NCBI GenBank assembly: GCA_900539345.1 | Contig: UQBS01000001.1 | Span: 6,938 to 70,937, forward strand | Source: an uncultured Coriobacteriaceae bacterium | GTDB lineage: Bacteria; Actinomycetota; Coriobacteriia; Coriobacteriales; UMGS124 | Length of the DNA: 64,000 nucleotides | Reading direction: 5' to 3' | Notes under the pieces: model-generated | The model's input: only the letters and a program-made list of their open reading frames with translations | Databases searched by the model: none | Told to the model about the DNA's origin: nothing | Part shown: piece by piece, positions 17,637 through 26,726 of the stretch | Position numbering within the stretch: the stretch's first letter is position 1 | How the letters are laid out: every line of letters starts with the position of its first letter | Translations under genes and position numbers: made by a program

Positions 17637-20621
17637 TTATATCGCCCCGATTTCGCTGAGCCGCAGGAGGAAGGCCCTGACGGCGTCGTTGATCTCCTCC
17701 GAGTCGTTGACGCGGGCGCCGTCGATGAAGACGTTGCACGTGTTGCCGGCGGGCGACCCCACCTCCGCCGAGACCCTGCTCGCGATCTCGTCGGCGAAGG
17801 GCGCCATCTTGCGCCTGCCCTCGAGCGGGATCACGCCCTCCGCGCCGTCCTCGCCGACGCCGATGACCGTGGCCGCCGTGGCGATGCCGCCGGTGGCGTA
17901 CCACTCGACGTGCGGCAGGTTGATCGGCGTGTCGTAGCCGAAGACGCTGAGAGTCTCCCAGGTCACGTGGGGCACCGGGAAGCTGATGCTGCCGATGGCC
18001 GACGTGATGGAGTCTCCGAGGCCCGAGAAGAAGCCGACGATCTCGTCGGGGATCCCCATGAGGAAGTCGCGCGCCGAGGCGACGGGGTCCTCGATGAAGT
18101 CCCTGACGTTTTGGAAGATTCCCTCGACCGTCGTGTCGACGCCCCAGCTCGAGAACGCCGTCGAGACCGCGCCGACGAAGCCGCCGACGGTCGTGGTGAG
18201 CGTGCCGACGGGGTCCTCGATGAACCCCTTCAGCGCCGTCCACGTCGCGCTGACCGTGTCGGCGATGCCCCACTCGCCGAAGGCGGCGGCCACGTCGCCG
18301 ACGAAGCCCTGCACGGCGGCCGTCGTCTGCGGGAAGTTCTCCTCGGCTGCGGTCAGCAGGCCGCCCATGACGTCGGAAGCGGCGCCCTTCGCGCCCTCCC
18401 AGGCGCCCGCCCAGTCGCCCTCGCCGAGGCTCTCGACAATGCCGGAGATGTGCCCGGACAGACCTGGGAAGGCCTCGTCCGCCGCCTCGGCGACGCCCGT
18501 CGAGAAGTCGCGCACCGCCGTCTCAGCCGTCGACCAGGCCGTGCCCCATGCGTCGGAGACGGTCGTGCCGACCCCCTCCATGCCCTGCACGAGGTCCGGG
18601 AACAGGGTGTCGACGAGGTTGTTGAGGCCGGTCCCCAGGTCTTCGGCGAACTGCACCGCGCCGCTCCATGCGGAGCTGAAGTCGCCGGAGAGCGCCGACG
18701 ACAGGACCCCGCAGCCGTCCGCGAGGAGCGTGAGCAACGTGACGAGCCCCTGGCCGGCGGCGTCGCCGAGCACGCCGACGAGGTCGCCGGCACCCTGGAA
18801 GAGGTCGGATATGAGTCCGTTGACGCCCTCCGCGCTGTCGTCGAGGCTGCCGAACAGCTCCCCGAGCGCGGGCAGGAGCGTGTCGTTGAAAGTCTCGATC
18901 ACCGGTGCCAGGCTGTCGCCGAGCGACGACCTGACGGCGTCGAATGCCTCGGCGGCGGGGGAGAGGTCGAGCCTCTCGAAGAAGTCGGCCAGGGGAGGGC
19001 CTGCCACCTCGGCGATGTCCTTGAAGCCGGCGCTTACGAGCTCCATGCCGGCGGCCGCGTCGCTGGCTATCTGGAAGAGCCCGGTCAGGGCGCCCTCGGC
19101 AAGGCCGGACAGGAGCTCCGATGCGGGGCCCGCCACCGGCTCGAGCGCCGAGAAGGCGCCCGCGAGGTTGGTGCCGACCCCCTCCGCCGCGTCCTTGACG
19201 GCCCCCACGAAGCTGTCGAAGTCCGGGGACACGTCGTCCCAGAACTCGCCGACCTTCGTCGCCGCGGTCTCGAACGCGCCGCCCACTCCCGTGCCTACCT
19301 GCTCGACGAGGGGTGCAAGCCTGTCGACGAGGCCGTCCGTGTGCTCCGATACCGTGCCCGTCTTCGTGCCGAACTCGTCGAACACGTCGTACGTCTGGTC
19401 GGTGCCCCACACGAGGTCGGCCAGCTTGCCTGTCAGCGTGCCGACGGCGGGGACGAGCGTGTCCGTGGCGACCTGGGCGGCGCCCCTGAGCGCCGGGCTG
19501 ACGGCGTCGTACAGGTCGAGCTGCAGGCCCTCGAGCGCCGAGTCGAGCGCCTTCATGTCGCCGGCGAGCGTGTCGTTCATGGTCTGCGCCATGTCGCCGG
19601 CGGCGCCGCCCGCCCCTCGCAGGGCCTCCTCGAAGTCCGCCGCGGTGCCTATGCCGGCGGCGAGGAGCAGGTTCAGGCCCTTCGTCGAATCGGCGGTGAA
19701 CACCTGGCCCAGCGCCGCGGCGCGCTGGGCGTCGGTCATCCCGTCGGTCGCGCTCTCGACGTCGAGAAGGACGTCGGTGAGGTCCCTCGCACTGCCGTCG
19801 GCGTTGTAGAGCGCGACGGCCGTGTCGCCGATCGCGACGGAGCCGTCCTTGCACTTCGACTGGAGGTCGCGCATGATCGCCGCGAGGGCCGTGCCCGCCT
19901 CGGAGCCCTTCAAGCCTTGGTTCGCGAGCATGGAGAGGAGCGAGGTCGTGGTCTCCACGTCCTGGCCGGCGGCGCTCATGTTGGCCGCGCAGTTGCGGTA
20001 CGCCTCGCCGAGCTGGGCGGCGCTCGTGTTGCTGTTGGCCTGGGCGTAGGCGAGGAGGTCGGCGAAGTAGGCCGAGTCGCTCGCCGCCATGCCGAAGGCC
20101 GACAGGTAGTCGGTGACCATGTCCGACGCCTCGGCGAGTCCCATGCCCGAGGCCGCGGCGAGGTCGAGCACTCCGCCGAGCGCGCCGGCGCTCGTCTGCG
20201 CGTCCCATCCGGCCAGCGCCATGTAGCCGAGCGCGTCGGCCGCCTCGCTCGCCGAGAACTGCGTCGTGGCGCCGTAGCTCTTCGCTGTCTCCTCGAGCAT
20301 CGACAGGTCGTCGGCGCCCGCGCCCGAGAGGGCGGCCACCTTGGCCATCGACGCCTCGAAGTCCGAGCCGGTCTGCACGATCGAGCCCGCGAACCCGGCG
20401 ACGGCGGACACCGCCGTCTGCACGCCCGCGGTGACGAGGTTGCCGAGGGCAATTGATCCTGCCGACACGGAGGACTGGATGCCCGACATGAGGCCGGCGC
20501 CCATCGTCGCGCCGCTCCCGGAGAGGTTCACCCCCGACAGGCCCGAGCTTATCGCGCTCGACGCCCCGGTGAGCTTCGGGACGACCGTGACGTAGGCGCT
20601 GCCGAGGTTCGTTCCAGACAT
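17637..20621 (-). CDS. tail tape measure protein
   Basis: 994 aa. TP901-type core (LLSMLANQGLKGSEAGTALAAIMRDL), long helical repeats, position after the G/GT genes. Confidence 0.9.
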   Translation of the reverse strand: MSGTNLGSAYVTVVPKLTGASSAISSGLSGVNLSGSGATMGAGLMSGIQSSVSAGSIALGNLVTAGVQTAVSAVAGFAGSIVQTGSDFEASMAKVAALSGAGADDLSMLEETAKSYGATTQFSASEAADALGYMALAGWDAQTSAGALGGVLDLAAASGMGLAEASDMVTDYLSAFGMAASDSAYFADLLAYAQANSNTSAAQLGEAYRNCAANMSAAGQDVETTTSLLSMLANQGLKGSEAGTALAAIMRDLQSKCKDGSVAIGDTAVALYNADGSARDLTDVLLDVESATDGMTDAQRAAALGQVFTADSTKGLNLLLAAGIGTAADFEEALRGAGGAAGDMAQTMNDTLAGDMKALDSALEGLQLDLYDAVSPALRGAAQVATDTLVPAVGTLTGKLADLVWGTDQTYDVFDEFGTKTGTVSEHTDGLVDRLAPLVEQVGTGVGGAFETAATKVGEFWDDVSPDFDSFVGAVKDAAEGVGTNLAGAFSALEPVAGPASELLSGLAEGALTGLFQIASDAAAGMELVSAGFKDIAEVAGPPLADFFERLDLSPAAEAFDAVRSSLGDSLAPVIETFNDTLLPALGELFGSLDDSAEGVNGLISDLFQGAGDLVGVLGDAAGQGLVTLLTLLADGCGVLSSALSGDFSSAWSGAVQFAEDLGTGLNNLVDTLFPDLVQGMEGVGTTVSDAWGTAWSTAETAVRDFSTGVAEAADEAFPGLSGHISGIVESLGEGDWAGAWEGAKGAASDVMGGLLTAAEENFPQTTAAVQGFVGDVAAAFGEWGIADTVSATWTALKGFIEDPVGTLTTTVGGFVGAVSTAFSSWGVDTTVEGIFQNVRDFIEDPVASARDFLMGIPDEIVGFFSGLGDSITSAIGSISFPVPHVTWETLSVFGYDTPINLPHVEWYATGGIATAATVIGVGEDGAEGVIPLEGRRKMAPFADEIASRVSAEVGSPAGNTCNVFIDGARVNDSEEINDAVRAFLLRLSEIGAI

Positions 20622-20652
20622 GCCTCACCACACTATTCTCTTATCGGGTTCC

Positions 20653-21033
20653 CTACTCCCTCGGGCCCGCGAGCGCGTCCATGATGTCGGACGGCTCCAT
20701 GCCGACCGCCTCGGGGGGCTTTCCCTGGTTTTCGGCCGGGCCGCCGAACGGCCTCGGCATCTTCCCCGGCCTGCCCTTCGCGTTCCATGCGATGACGGCC
20801 GCGTCGTTCGCTATCCTGGCGAGCATGTAGCGGTCCTCCGGCCACGACATCGACGCGTCGAGCGCACCCATGGTCAGCGACCCCGCCGGCAGCATGGCCG
20901 CGAGGTCCGCGGCCTCTGAGACGCTCAGGCGGGCGACCTCGTCGTAGGAGACGTGGTACACCCGCCTGAAGTCGGCCCTCAGCTGCGGTTTGAGCCCTCT
21001 GCCCAGCACGCCCGCCAGGAACGTCAGTTTTTT
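20653..21033 (-). CDS. tail assembly chaperone GT extension (-1 frame)
   Basis: The frame opens at the slippery heptamer and reads KKLTFLAGVLGRG... It ends 32 nt before the tape measure gene. Confidence 0.7.
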   Translation of the reverse strand, partial: KKLTFLAGVLGRGLKPQLRADFRRVYHVSYDEVARLSVSEAADLAAMLPAGSLTMGALDASMSWPEDRYMLARIANDAAVIAWNAKGRPGKMPRPFGGPAENQGKPPEAVGMEPSDIMDALAGPRE

Positions 21034-21278
21034 ACCGTCTGCCCGGCGTGCTCGTCGAACCATGCGACAAGGGACGTCACGCGCGTGCGCCCGTCCTCGC
21101 CGCGCAGCTCCTCGACGAGCTCCCTGTAGCCGTCCTCGCCAAGCGCGGCCCTCACGAGGTCGAGCTTGCACATGATCACGAGGTCGCCGTCCTTCGACTC
21201 GGCCGCCTTCCTCATCTTGCGCACGACCTCGAAGACCTCGACGTCGTCGGACCAGCCCTCTCTCAACTCAACAGCCAT
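21024..21278 (-). CDS. tail assembly chaperone (G-like)
   Basis: 84 aa acidic protein between the tail tube and tape measure genes, ending at the slippery site. Confidence 0.75.
   Translation of the reverse strand: MAVELREGWSDDVEVFEVVRKMRKAAESKDGDLVIMCKLDLVRAALGEDGYRELVEELRGEDGRTRVTSLVAWFDEHAGQTVKN
21027..21033 (-). promoter_or_regulatory. -1 programmed ribosomal frameshift slippery heptamer A_AAA_AAC
   Basis: Coding strand GTA AAA AAC TGA at the end of the G gene. The -1 frame continues for 126 codons. Confidence 0.7.
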
Positions 21279-21288
21279 GGTCGCCTCC

Positions 21289-21861
21289 CTAGACCGTCTT
21301 CGCGAAGTGCTTCTTCGAGCAGTAGCCGAGCGCAGAGTCCTTCAGGTCGTGGAAGGTCGCCCCGTACGAGACGAGCGAGCCCCTCTGGTAGACCTCGTCC
21401 TCGACGCCCGTGAGCTTCGCGCGCGGGACGACGTCTCGGGCCACGCCGCCGCCGTGCAGGACGGTCTCGACGACCATGACGTGCTCGACGTCGTTGAAGG
21501 CACTTCGCTCGAAGGAGGCGAGCCCGCCGCCGTCCTCGGCGGCCTTCACCTTGTCGTCGCCCCACACGAGCTTCATGTTCACCTCGTTCGTCTCGACCAT
21601 GGTGAACTTGCTGTTCTCCGTGTAGCCGTCGTTGTCGGACAGCACGTCGTCGCCGCTCCAGTCCTTGAAGGAGGTCTCGCTCGTGGAGTGGCTGATCGTG
21701 AACCCGTCGGTCGAGATGCAGCCGACGCACAGGAACGCCTCGCCGAGCGGCGTCTTCGCGTCCATGGGCACGGCGGTCCCGGCGGGCGCGACGAAGACCG
21801 CGCCTCCCGCTTTCGGCTTGCCCGTCGTCACGTTTGCGTAGTTGTTTCCGTTGTTGGCCAT
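21289..21861 (-). CDS. major tail (tube) protein
   Basis: 190 aa. AAGGAG RBS. Start trimmed from track ORF 21289-22485. Position fits a TP901/phi13-type tube protein. Confidence 0.75.
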   Translation of the reverse strand: MANNGNNYANVTTGKPKAGGAVFVAPAGTAVPMDAKTPLGEAFLCVGCISTDGFTISHSTSETSFKDWSGDDVLSDNDGYTENSKFTMVETNEVNMKLVWGDDKVKAAEDGGGLASFERSAFNDVEHVMVVETVLHGGGVARDVVPRAKLTGVEDEVYQRGSLVSYGATFHDLKDSALGYCSKKHFAKTV

Positions 21862-21881
21862 TCCGGCTCCTTTACTTGTCG

Positions 21882-22232
21882 TTACAGATAGCACCTGAGC
21901 GCCACGACGGCCTGGTACCTCGCGCTGCGCTCCTCGACGGCGGGGAAGTTGTACATGCCCGTGACCTCGGAGTCCGTCACGGTCCCGACGTTGTCCGGCA
22001 TGTCGAGCAGGGCGTTGCACGCGCGGCACATGAGGGCCTCGGCCGAGACCCTCGTCGGCGACCAGGCCTGGACGGTGAGCACCGGCGAGTCCAGGTCGGC
22101 AAGGGAGTCGACGCCGCCGCCGGTCCTCTCGACGGTCACGAACTCGGCCGGCCTGTCCGCCGGCACGTCGCCGTAGGCGTCGATGCCGACGCTGCACAGG
22201 TACTCGACCGTCACGCTCTCTATGGGGATCAT
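21882..22232 (-). CDS. tail terminator / tail completion protein
   Basis: 116 aa, canonical position upstream of the tube gene. Stop and start abut the neighbouring genes. Confidence 0.55.
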   Translation of the reverse strand: MIPIESVTVEYLCSVGIDAYGDVPADRPAEFVTVERTGGGVDSLADLDSPVLTVQAWSPTRVSAEALMCRACNALLDMPDNVGTVTDSEVTGMYNFPAVEERSARYQAVVALRCYL

Positions 22233-22505
22233 CTAGCCCCTTCCCGACGCGAGCGCCTTGAGGAGCGCGTTCGACCGCGTCTGCATCGACATCGCCTTGA
22301 CGTCGGCCGTCGTGACGGCCGCGTACACCCTGTTCCTCACCGCTTTGGGGGCGTGGGAGCCGCTCTCGAGGTCGCTCACGTACCTCCCGCCGGACGCCGA
22401 GGCAACCGCGGCCACCGCGTCCGCCTTGCGCTTCAGGATCGGCCCGGTGCTCTCGAGGAGCCTCTCGGCGCCCTCCCGGTCCCACTTGAACTCGACGTCA
22501 GCCAT
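22233..22505 (-). CDS. HK97 gp10-like head-tail joining protein
   Basis: 90 aa (MADVEFKWDREGAERLL...). Assigned by position and size. Confidence 0.5.
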   Translation of the reverse strand: MADVEFKWDREGAERLLESTGPILKRKADAVAAVASASGGRYVSDLESGSHAPKAVRNRVYAAVTTADVKAMSMQTRSNALLKALASGRG

Positions 22506-22845
22506 CGACCGCCTCCACGTCCACGGGCATCGACCAGGGGCCGGGCACGTTGCCCTCCGCGTACGGCTGCGGCGACCCGACAACGGACCAGAGCAGCCCG
22601 CGCGCCTCGACCCTGCACCCGCGCAGGTCGGCGGCGTAGCCCTTCGGGAAGTGCAGCGTGATGCGGCGGCGCGTCTCGTCGATGCGGTCGACCTGGGCGG
22701 ACGAGGCCGTCGCGGGCGCGACCAGCACGCCGCCGACCTCCTCGCGGCGCCACTCGTAGGTCTTGTTGCGCATCGCGTCCTCGCCCGACTCGACGGGCCT
22801 GAGCACCGTCACCGCCTCCGTGGCGAACCCCCACGGCGCGCTCAC
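22498..22845 (-). CDS. head closure / head-tail adaptor protein
   Basis: 115 aa. Order after the connector gene matches SPP1 gp15/16-like genes. Confidence 0.55.
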   Translation of the reverse strand: MSAPWGFATEAVTVLRPVESGEDAMRNKTYEWRREEVGGVLVAPATASSAQVDRIDETRRRITLHFPKGYAADLRGCRVEARGLLWSVVGSPQPYAEGNVPGPWSMPVDVEAVDG

Positions 22846-23228
22846 TGGGCGCCCCCTATCGCAGGCTCGACGGAGCCGAGCCTGACGCGCTTGATGCCGA
22901 GCAGCCGGCGCTCGGCGGAGGACAGGTACAGGCCGCCGTCGGGGTTCGCGTAGGTGTAGGACAGCGTGTACGGGCCTGCCGTGCGCGACTGGTTGGCGAC
23001 GCCGTCGACGGTGGACCCGTCGCCGACGGCGCGGTGCACCATCTGGCAGACGACGGCCTTGAGGTTGGCCGCCTGCAGCTCGTCGGAGGCGTCGTAGCGA
23101 ACGCCGGCCCTCGCCATCTCCGAGAGGACGAGGGCGGAGGCGTCGTGCAGGCGCTCGGCGGTCGACGCGACGGAGGGGGCGTCCGGCCAGCGCGCGAGCA
23201 GGTCGGCTATCGTCGCAAGCTCGACCAT
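22842..23228 (-). CDS. gp6-like head-tail connector protein
   Basis: 128 aa (MVELATIADLLARWPD...). Typical start and position immediately after the capsid gene. Confidence 0.6.
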   Translation of the reverse strand: MVELATIADLLARWPDAPSVASTAERLHDASALVLSEMARAGVRYDASDELQAANLKAVVCQMVHRAVGDGSTVDGVANQSRTAGPYTLSYTYANPDGGLYLSSAERRLLGIKRVRLGSVEPAIGGAQ

Positions 23229-23238
23229 GGCGGGCCGC

Positions 23239-24123
23239 CTACTCGGAGGCGACTGCGGCGCCGGTGAGCTTGCAGAACTGGTCGAGCCACTTGTAGCGCC
23301 AGCCCACGACGAACTCGATCTTGCAGGCGAACATGTCGTTCTGCCAGAGGTTGAGGTTGGTCCCGTCGGGGAGCGTGAGCGTCGACTGGTTGGAGACGTC
23401 GAACGAGACGTCCTCGTGCACGCCGTAACATGCGCTGGTCCAGTCTCCGGCGTATCCGTAGACGGCCTTTGCGGAGGTCGTCGCGGGCTTGTAGACGCCC
23501 TTCTCGAAGTAGGTCGCGGCGCCGAGGATGGTGCTGGGGGCGGCTGCGGCCGCGTCCTGCACGAAGATCGGCCGGCCGTTCTTGTCGAGGGAGCCGAGCA
23601 GGAGGCTCTTTCCCTTCGTGCTGAACACGAAGCCGTTGATGACGCCGTCGGCTGCGGAGACCGCCTCGTCGGCCGCGACGAGGCCCGCCCACGTGTCGGT
23701 CTCGATGTCGGCCTCTTTTGCGGCCGTGATCTGGTCGAAGTCGGTGCCGGGTGCGGCACCCACGCCGAAGACCGTGCTGTCGAACTTCTGCGCCATTGCC
23801 AGCGGGACCCTTTGGATGATGGCGTCGTAGAGCTTCGCCTCGTTCTTCAGGAACTCGTTGGAGAAGGGCACGATGACCGACATCTTGTAGCCCTTCACCT
23901 TCTTGTGGTTGTAGGTGCCCTCGGAGACGGCGATGCTCTTGCCCTCCTCCACCCAGGACGCCGTGGGGTCGCCGGTGATCATGGGCACCTCGGCGCCCGC
24001 GTAGGGGAGGTCGATCCTGTTCGAGAGCCTCATCACGGTGGAGCCCTGCTGCACCTTCGCCCAGACCTCGTCGGAGACCTCGACGGGCAGGACGATGCCG
24101 GTGGTGCCGGTGGTGATTGCCAT
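23239..24123 (-). CDS. major capsid protein (HK97 fold, no delta domain)
   Basis: 294 aa. Follows a separate scaffold gene. Confidence 0.85.
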   Translation of the reverse strand: MAITTGTTGIVLPVEVSDEVWAKVQQGSTVMRLSNRIDLPYAGAEVPMITGDPTASWVEEGKSIAVSEGTYNHKKVKGYKMSVIVPFSNEFLKNEAKLYDAIIQRVPLAMAQKFDSTVFGVGAAPGTDFDQITAAKEADIETDTWAGLVAADEAVSAADGVINGFVFSTKGKSLLLGSLDKNGRPIFVQDAAAAAPSTILGAATYFEKGVYKPATTSAKAVYGYAGDWTSACYGVHEDVSFDVSNQSTLTLPDGTNLNLWQNDMFACKIEFVVGWRYKWLDQFCKLTGAAVASE

Positions 24124-24137
24124 TTCTTACCTGCTTT

Positions 24138-24590
24138 CTACTTTCCGAACGCTGCTTCCATCGCCTGCGCGAACGCGTCGCGCGGGCCCGACTTGGGCGC
24201 GGTGGGCGAGCCGCCCTCGCTGCCCACGAACGGCAGGGAGTGCTTTTTGAAGTGCGGCGCGAGCGCCTTTGCGTGCTCCATGACCTCCTCGGCGGTGGAG
24301 CCGCGCAGCAGGTCTGCCGGGACGCCCGTCTCCTTGGACGCCTCCTCGCGCCACCTCGCGGCGTCGCGCTCAGCCTTCATCCCGTCGAGCTCTTGCCGTG
24401 CGGCCTCGAGCGACGCGGTGAGCGACGCGATCTGCTCCACGTTGCGGTCGTTTGCCGCCTTGAGTTCGGTCAGGGCCTCGTAGTTCTCCTTGGACCTGTC
24501 CTCCCACTTCCTGGACTCGGACTTCCAGTCCGTCTGCTCCTTGCCGTGCGGCTCGGCGCCCTCGACGCCCTGGCTGTTCTCGTCTTCCAT
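24138..24590 (-). CDS. capsid scaffolding protein
   Basis: 150 aa, charged helical protein directly upstream of the capsid gene. Confidence 0.75.
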   Translation of the reverse strand: MEDENSQGVEGAEPHGKEQTDWKSESRKWEDRSKENYEALTELKAANDRNVEQIASLTASLEAARQELDGMKAERDAARWREEASKETGVPADLLRGSTAEEVMEHAKALAPHFKKHSLPFVGSEGGSPTAPKSGPRDAFAQAMEAAFGK

Positions 24591-24658
24591 CCCTGCCTGC
24601 CTTTCCTGCTGGGGCCGTGCGGCCCCGTGACTTCGGCCGTGCGGCCTCTTGCGTCAAC

Positions 24659-24685
24659 GAAAAAGGGCCCTCTCGGGCCCCTTTC
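24659..24685 (-). terminator. intrinsic terminator (GGGGCCC GAGA GGGCCC TTTTT on the minus strand)
   Basis: Hairpin plus T-run read directly. Shares a 21-nt identical block with 25062-25082. Confidence 0.65.
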
Positions 24686-24751
24686 ATCGGATCGGTTGCG
24701 CCTTATGCCTTTAGATGAACGGTATGGCGCTTTCTGCCTTGCGCGGATCCA

Positions 24752-25033
24752 TTACTGCTCGCCTGAGGTTCGTTGGGTGAACTCGTTTGCGCCGACGTAC
24801 CCCTCGAGCATCCAAATCCTGTCCCTCAGCCTCGGCCTGCAGATGTCTGCGCCGACTTGCTCGCTGTAGTTTTCCTTGTCGATGCACCCGCTGTGTTCGA
24901 CGAGCGTGAACCCATTCGGCATTTTCCAGACCACGACGGTGCAGTTGCCGAACACCGTGAAGACTTTCTCCTCGCAGGCCGCCGCCAAGGCGTCGATATG
25001 CTCTTTCGGAACGAAGTTGTTTTCGCTAAGCAT
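24752..25033 (-). CDS. Gp49-like protein (N4 Gp49 / Sf6 gene 66 family)
   Basis: HIDALAA...VFTVFGNCTVVVWKMPNGFTLVEHSGCIDKENY...IWMLEGY matches the family pattern. An alternative start lies at 25057. Confidence 0.7.
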   Translation of the reverse strand: MLSENNFVPKEHIDALAAACEEKVFTVFGNCTVVVWKMPNGFTLVEHSGCIDKENYSEQVGADICRPRLRDRIWMLEGYVGANEFTQRTSGEQ

Positions 25034-25063
25034 GGTTGCTCTGCCCCTTTTGCTCATAGGTAA

Positions 25064-25092
25064 CGAAAAAGGGCCCTCTCGGACCCTCTCGG
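25064..25092 (-). terminator. terminator-like hairpin plus T-run downstream of the immunity gene
   Basis: GAGGGTCCGAGAGGGCCCTTTTTCG on the minus strand. Imperfect stem. Confidence 0.45.
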
Positions 25093-25113
25093 TTCTCGTT
25101 CTTTCTGTGTCCG

Positions 25114-25365
25114 TCAGTTGTCCAACGGAGTCCATTCAAGGCGCTTCAGCATGGCCATCGTCTCCGGCGACCATGCCGGGTACATGCCCAGGCCGGACTC
25201 GGAGGCCGTGTAATACGGATAGCCGTCTCCAATTAGGTCGACGTGCGGTTCCACGGTGTCCATGTCGAAGACGTACGTGTCGCCGTCCACGGCATACATG
25301 GTGTACCTGCACCCGGCGCGTAGGCTGCCGGAAACGATCGCCAGGGCTTCCTCGAGACTGATCAT
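25114..25365 (-). CDS. putative immunity protein for the MuF-fused toxin
   Basis: 83 aa. Its ATG overlaps the toxin gene stop as ATGA. Acidic small protein with no family recognised. Confidence 0.55.
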   Translation of the reverse strand: MISLEEALAIVSGSLRAGCRYTMYAVDGDTYVFDMDTVEPHVDLIGDGYPYYTASESGLGMYPAWSPETMAMLKRLEWTPLDN

Positions 25366-26726
25366 GAGACCTCCTCGCAGCAGTCGTCCACCACATCGGT
25401 CGGGTACAGGTCGTCGACCCTCAGGAGGGACGGAGACCTGACGCTTCCCGCCCCGCTGTAGCAGTCCCTCAGGTAGCCGTCTCCTATCACGCTGCCGCAC
25501 TGCGGGTCGACGTATTGAATCCCGTCTGAAGTCGATTCTATCACGATTACATGGCCCTTGCTCGGGTTGGCGGGGTTGCTGACCGTCAGGAAGGCCCTCG
25601 ACCCGACGCCGTAGCCGGACATCTCCCGCTCGACGGCGGTGACGAGGTCGTCGCCGGGGGCCTCGTCGAACCACGTCGCATTTCGGGCGCGGCCCTGCCC
25701 GTCGACGAACGCGTCGGCGTACGAGTGGCCGGAGCGGCGGTCGGCAACGGGGTCGTCTGTATAACTGTTCCCGTTTCCGTCCACCGGACGGGGCTTGGCG
25801 ACCACATCGTAGCCCCTCCTGCGCATCTCGTATGCGACGACGCACCTCTGGCAGTTCGCGGACCACATGTCGCCGGTGCCCTTGGCGCCGTAGTTCCTGT
25901 TGACCGCCGCGGCGCACGACGCGATGTCTGTGCGGGCCGTGGTGGCGACGAACGGGACGTAGTACCCGGCCCCGACGTCGCCGCCGGGGCCCCACGCCGC
26001 CTTCGCCGCGTCCTTCTGGGTGCGGGTGAGGTCGCCGCGTGAGTCTATCTCCTCGAAGGCCTGCCACTTGTCCCGCATCTCGTCGAGGTCGACGCCCCTG
26101 ACGCTCGTGGAGCCCTTGACTCCCGGCACGACGTAGCAGTCGCACCCGCGGTGGTACCTGTGGCCGGCGCCTGCCGCCGCCGCCGAGGTGTAGACGAAGC
26201 CCCTCGACGCCACCATGACGCAGAACGTGCAGGTCTCCGAGCCTCCCGTCATGCGGGCGTACCGGACGCCGCGCGCGGAGTCCCTCTCGACGTTGCGCGC
26301 GACGGTCGAGTCGTAGGCCCTGCGCGTCGAGTCCCTCACGTACGAGCAGCACTGGGAGCGGAACTCCGCCTTGCTCTCCTCGTTCAGGCCCCCCGACGCG
26401 AGCTTGCCCGCCTGGTAGCGGGCGGTCGCCTCGAGCTGCTCGCGGTCGACGGCCCACTCGGCGTCGGCGGGCGGGACGTCGAGCCCCTCTGCGGCCATGA
26501 TCTGGTCGTAGAGCGCCGCCGCGACCTCGGCCGACACCGCCCCGTACCTCTCAAGGCAGGCCTGCATGACGCGGATGGCGCGCTCGCGCGCATCGGCGAC
26601 GGATATGCCCGGGTGCGCCTCGAAGATCCGGCGCATGAGCTCGTCGCACGAGAGCGCGGCCGCCTGCGCGGCGCCGCGCACCTTGCCGACGGCCCGGTCG
26701 AGCGCGGCCCTACTCAGCTGCGCCAT
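25362..26726 (-). CDS. minor head protein (MuF / SPP1 gp7-like) fused to a C-terminal papain-fold toxin domain (Tox-PL1 / glutamine deamidase-like)
   Basis: N-terminal half has ETCTFCVMVASRGFVY...HRGCDCYVVP, typical of MuF/gp7. C-terminal half has NCQRCVVAYEMRRRGYDV, KGHVIVIES and YVDPQCG in Cys-His-Asp order. Confidence 0.75.
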   Translation of the reverse strand: MAQLSRAALDRAVGKVRGAAQAAALSCDELMRRIFEAHPGISVADARERAIRVMQACLERYGAVSAEVAAALYDQIMAAEGLDVPPADAEWAVDREQLEATARYQAGKLASGGLNEESKAEFRSQCCSYVRDSTRRAYDSTVARNVERDSARGVRYARMTGGSETCTFCVMVASRGFVYTSAAAAGAGHRYHRGCDCYVVPGVKGSTSVRGVDLDEMRDKWQAFEEIDSRGDLTRTQKDAAKAAWGPGGDVGAGYYVPFVATTARTDIASCAAAVNRNYGAKGTGDMWSANCQRCVVAYEMRRRGYDVVAKPRPVDGNGNSYTDDPVADRRSGHSYADAFVDGQGRARNATWFDEAPGDDLVTAVEREMSGYGVGSRAFLTVSNPANPSKGHVIVIESTSDGIQYVDPQCGSVIGDGYLRDCYSGAGSVRSPSLLRVDDLYPTDVVDDCCEEVS

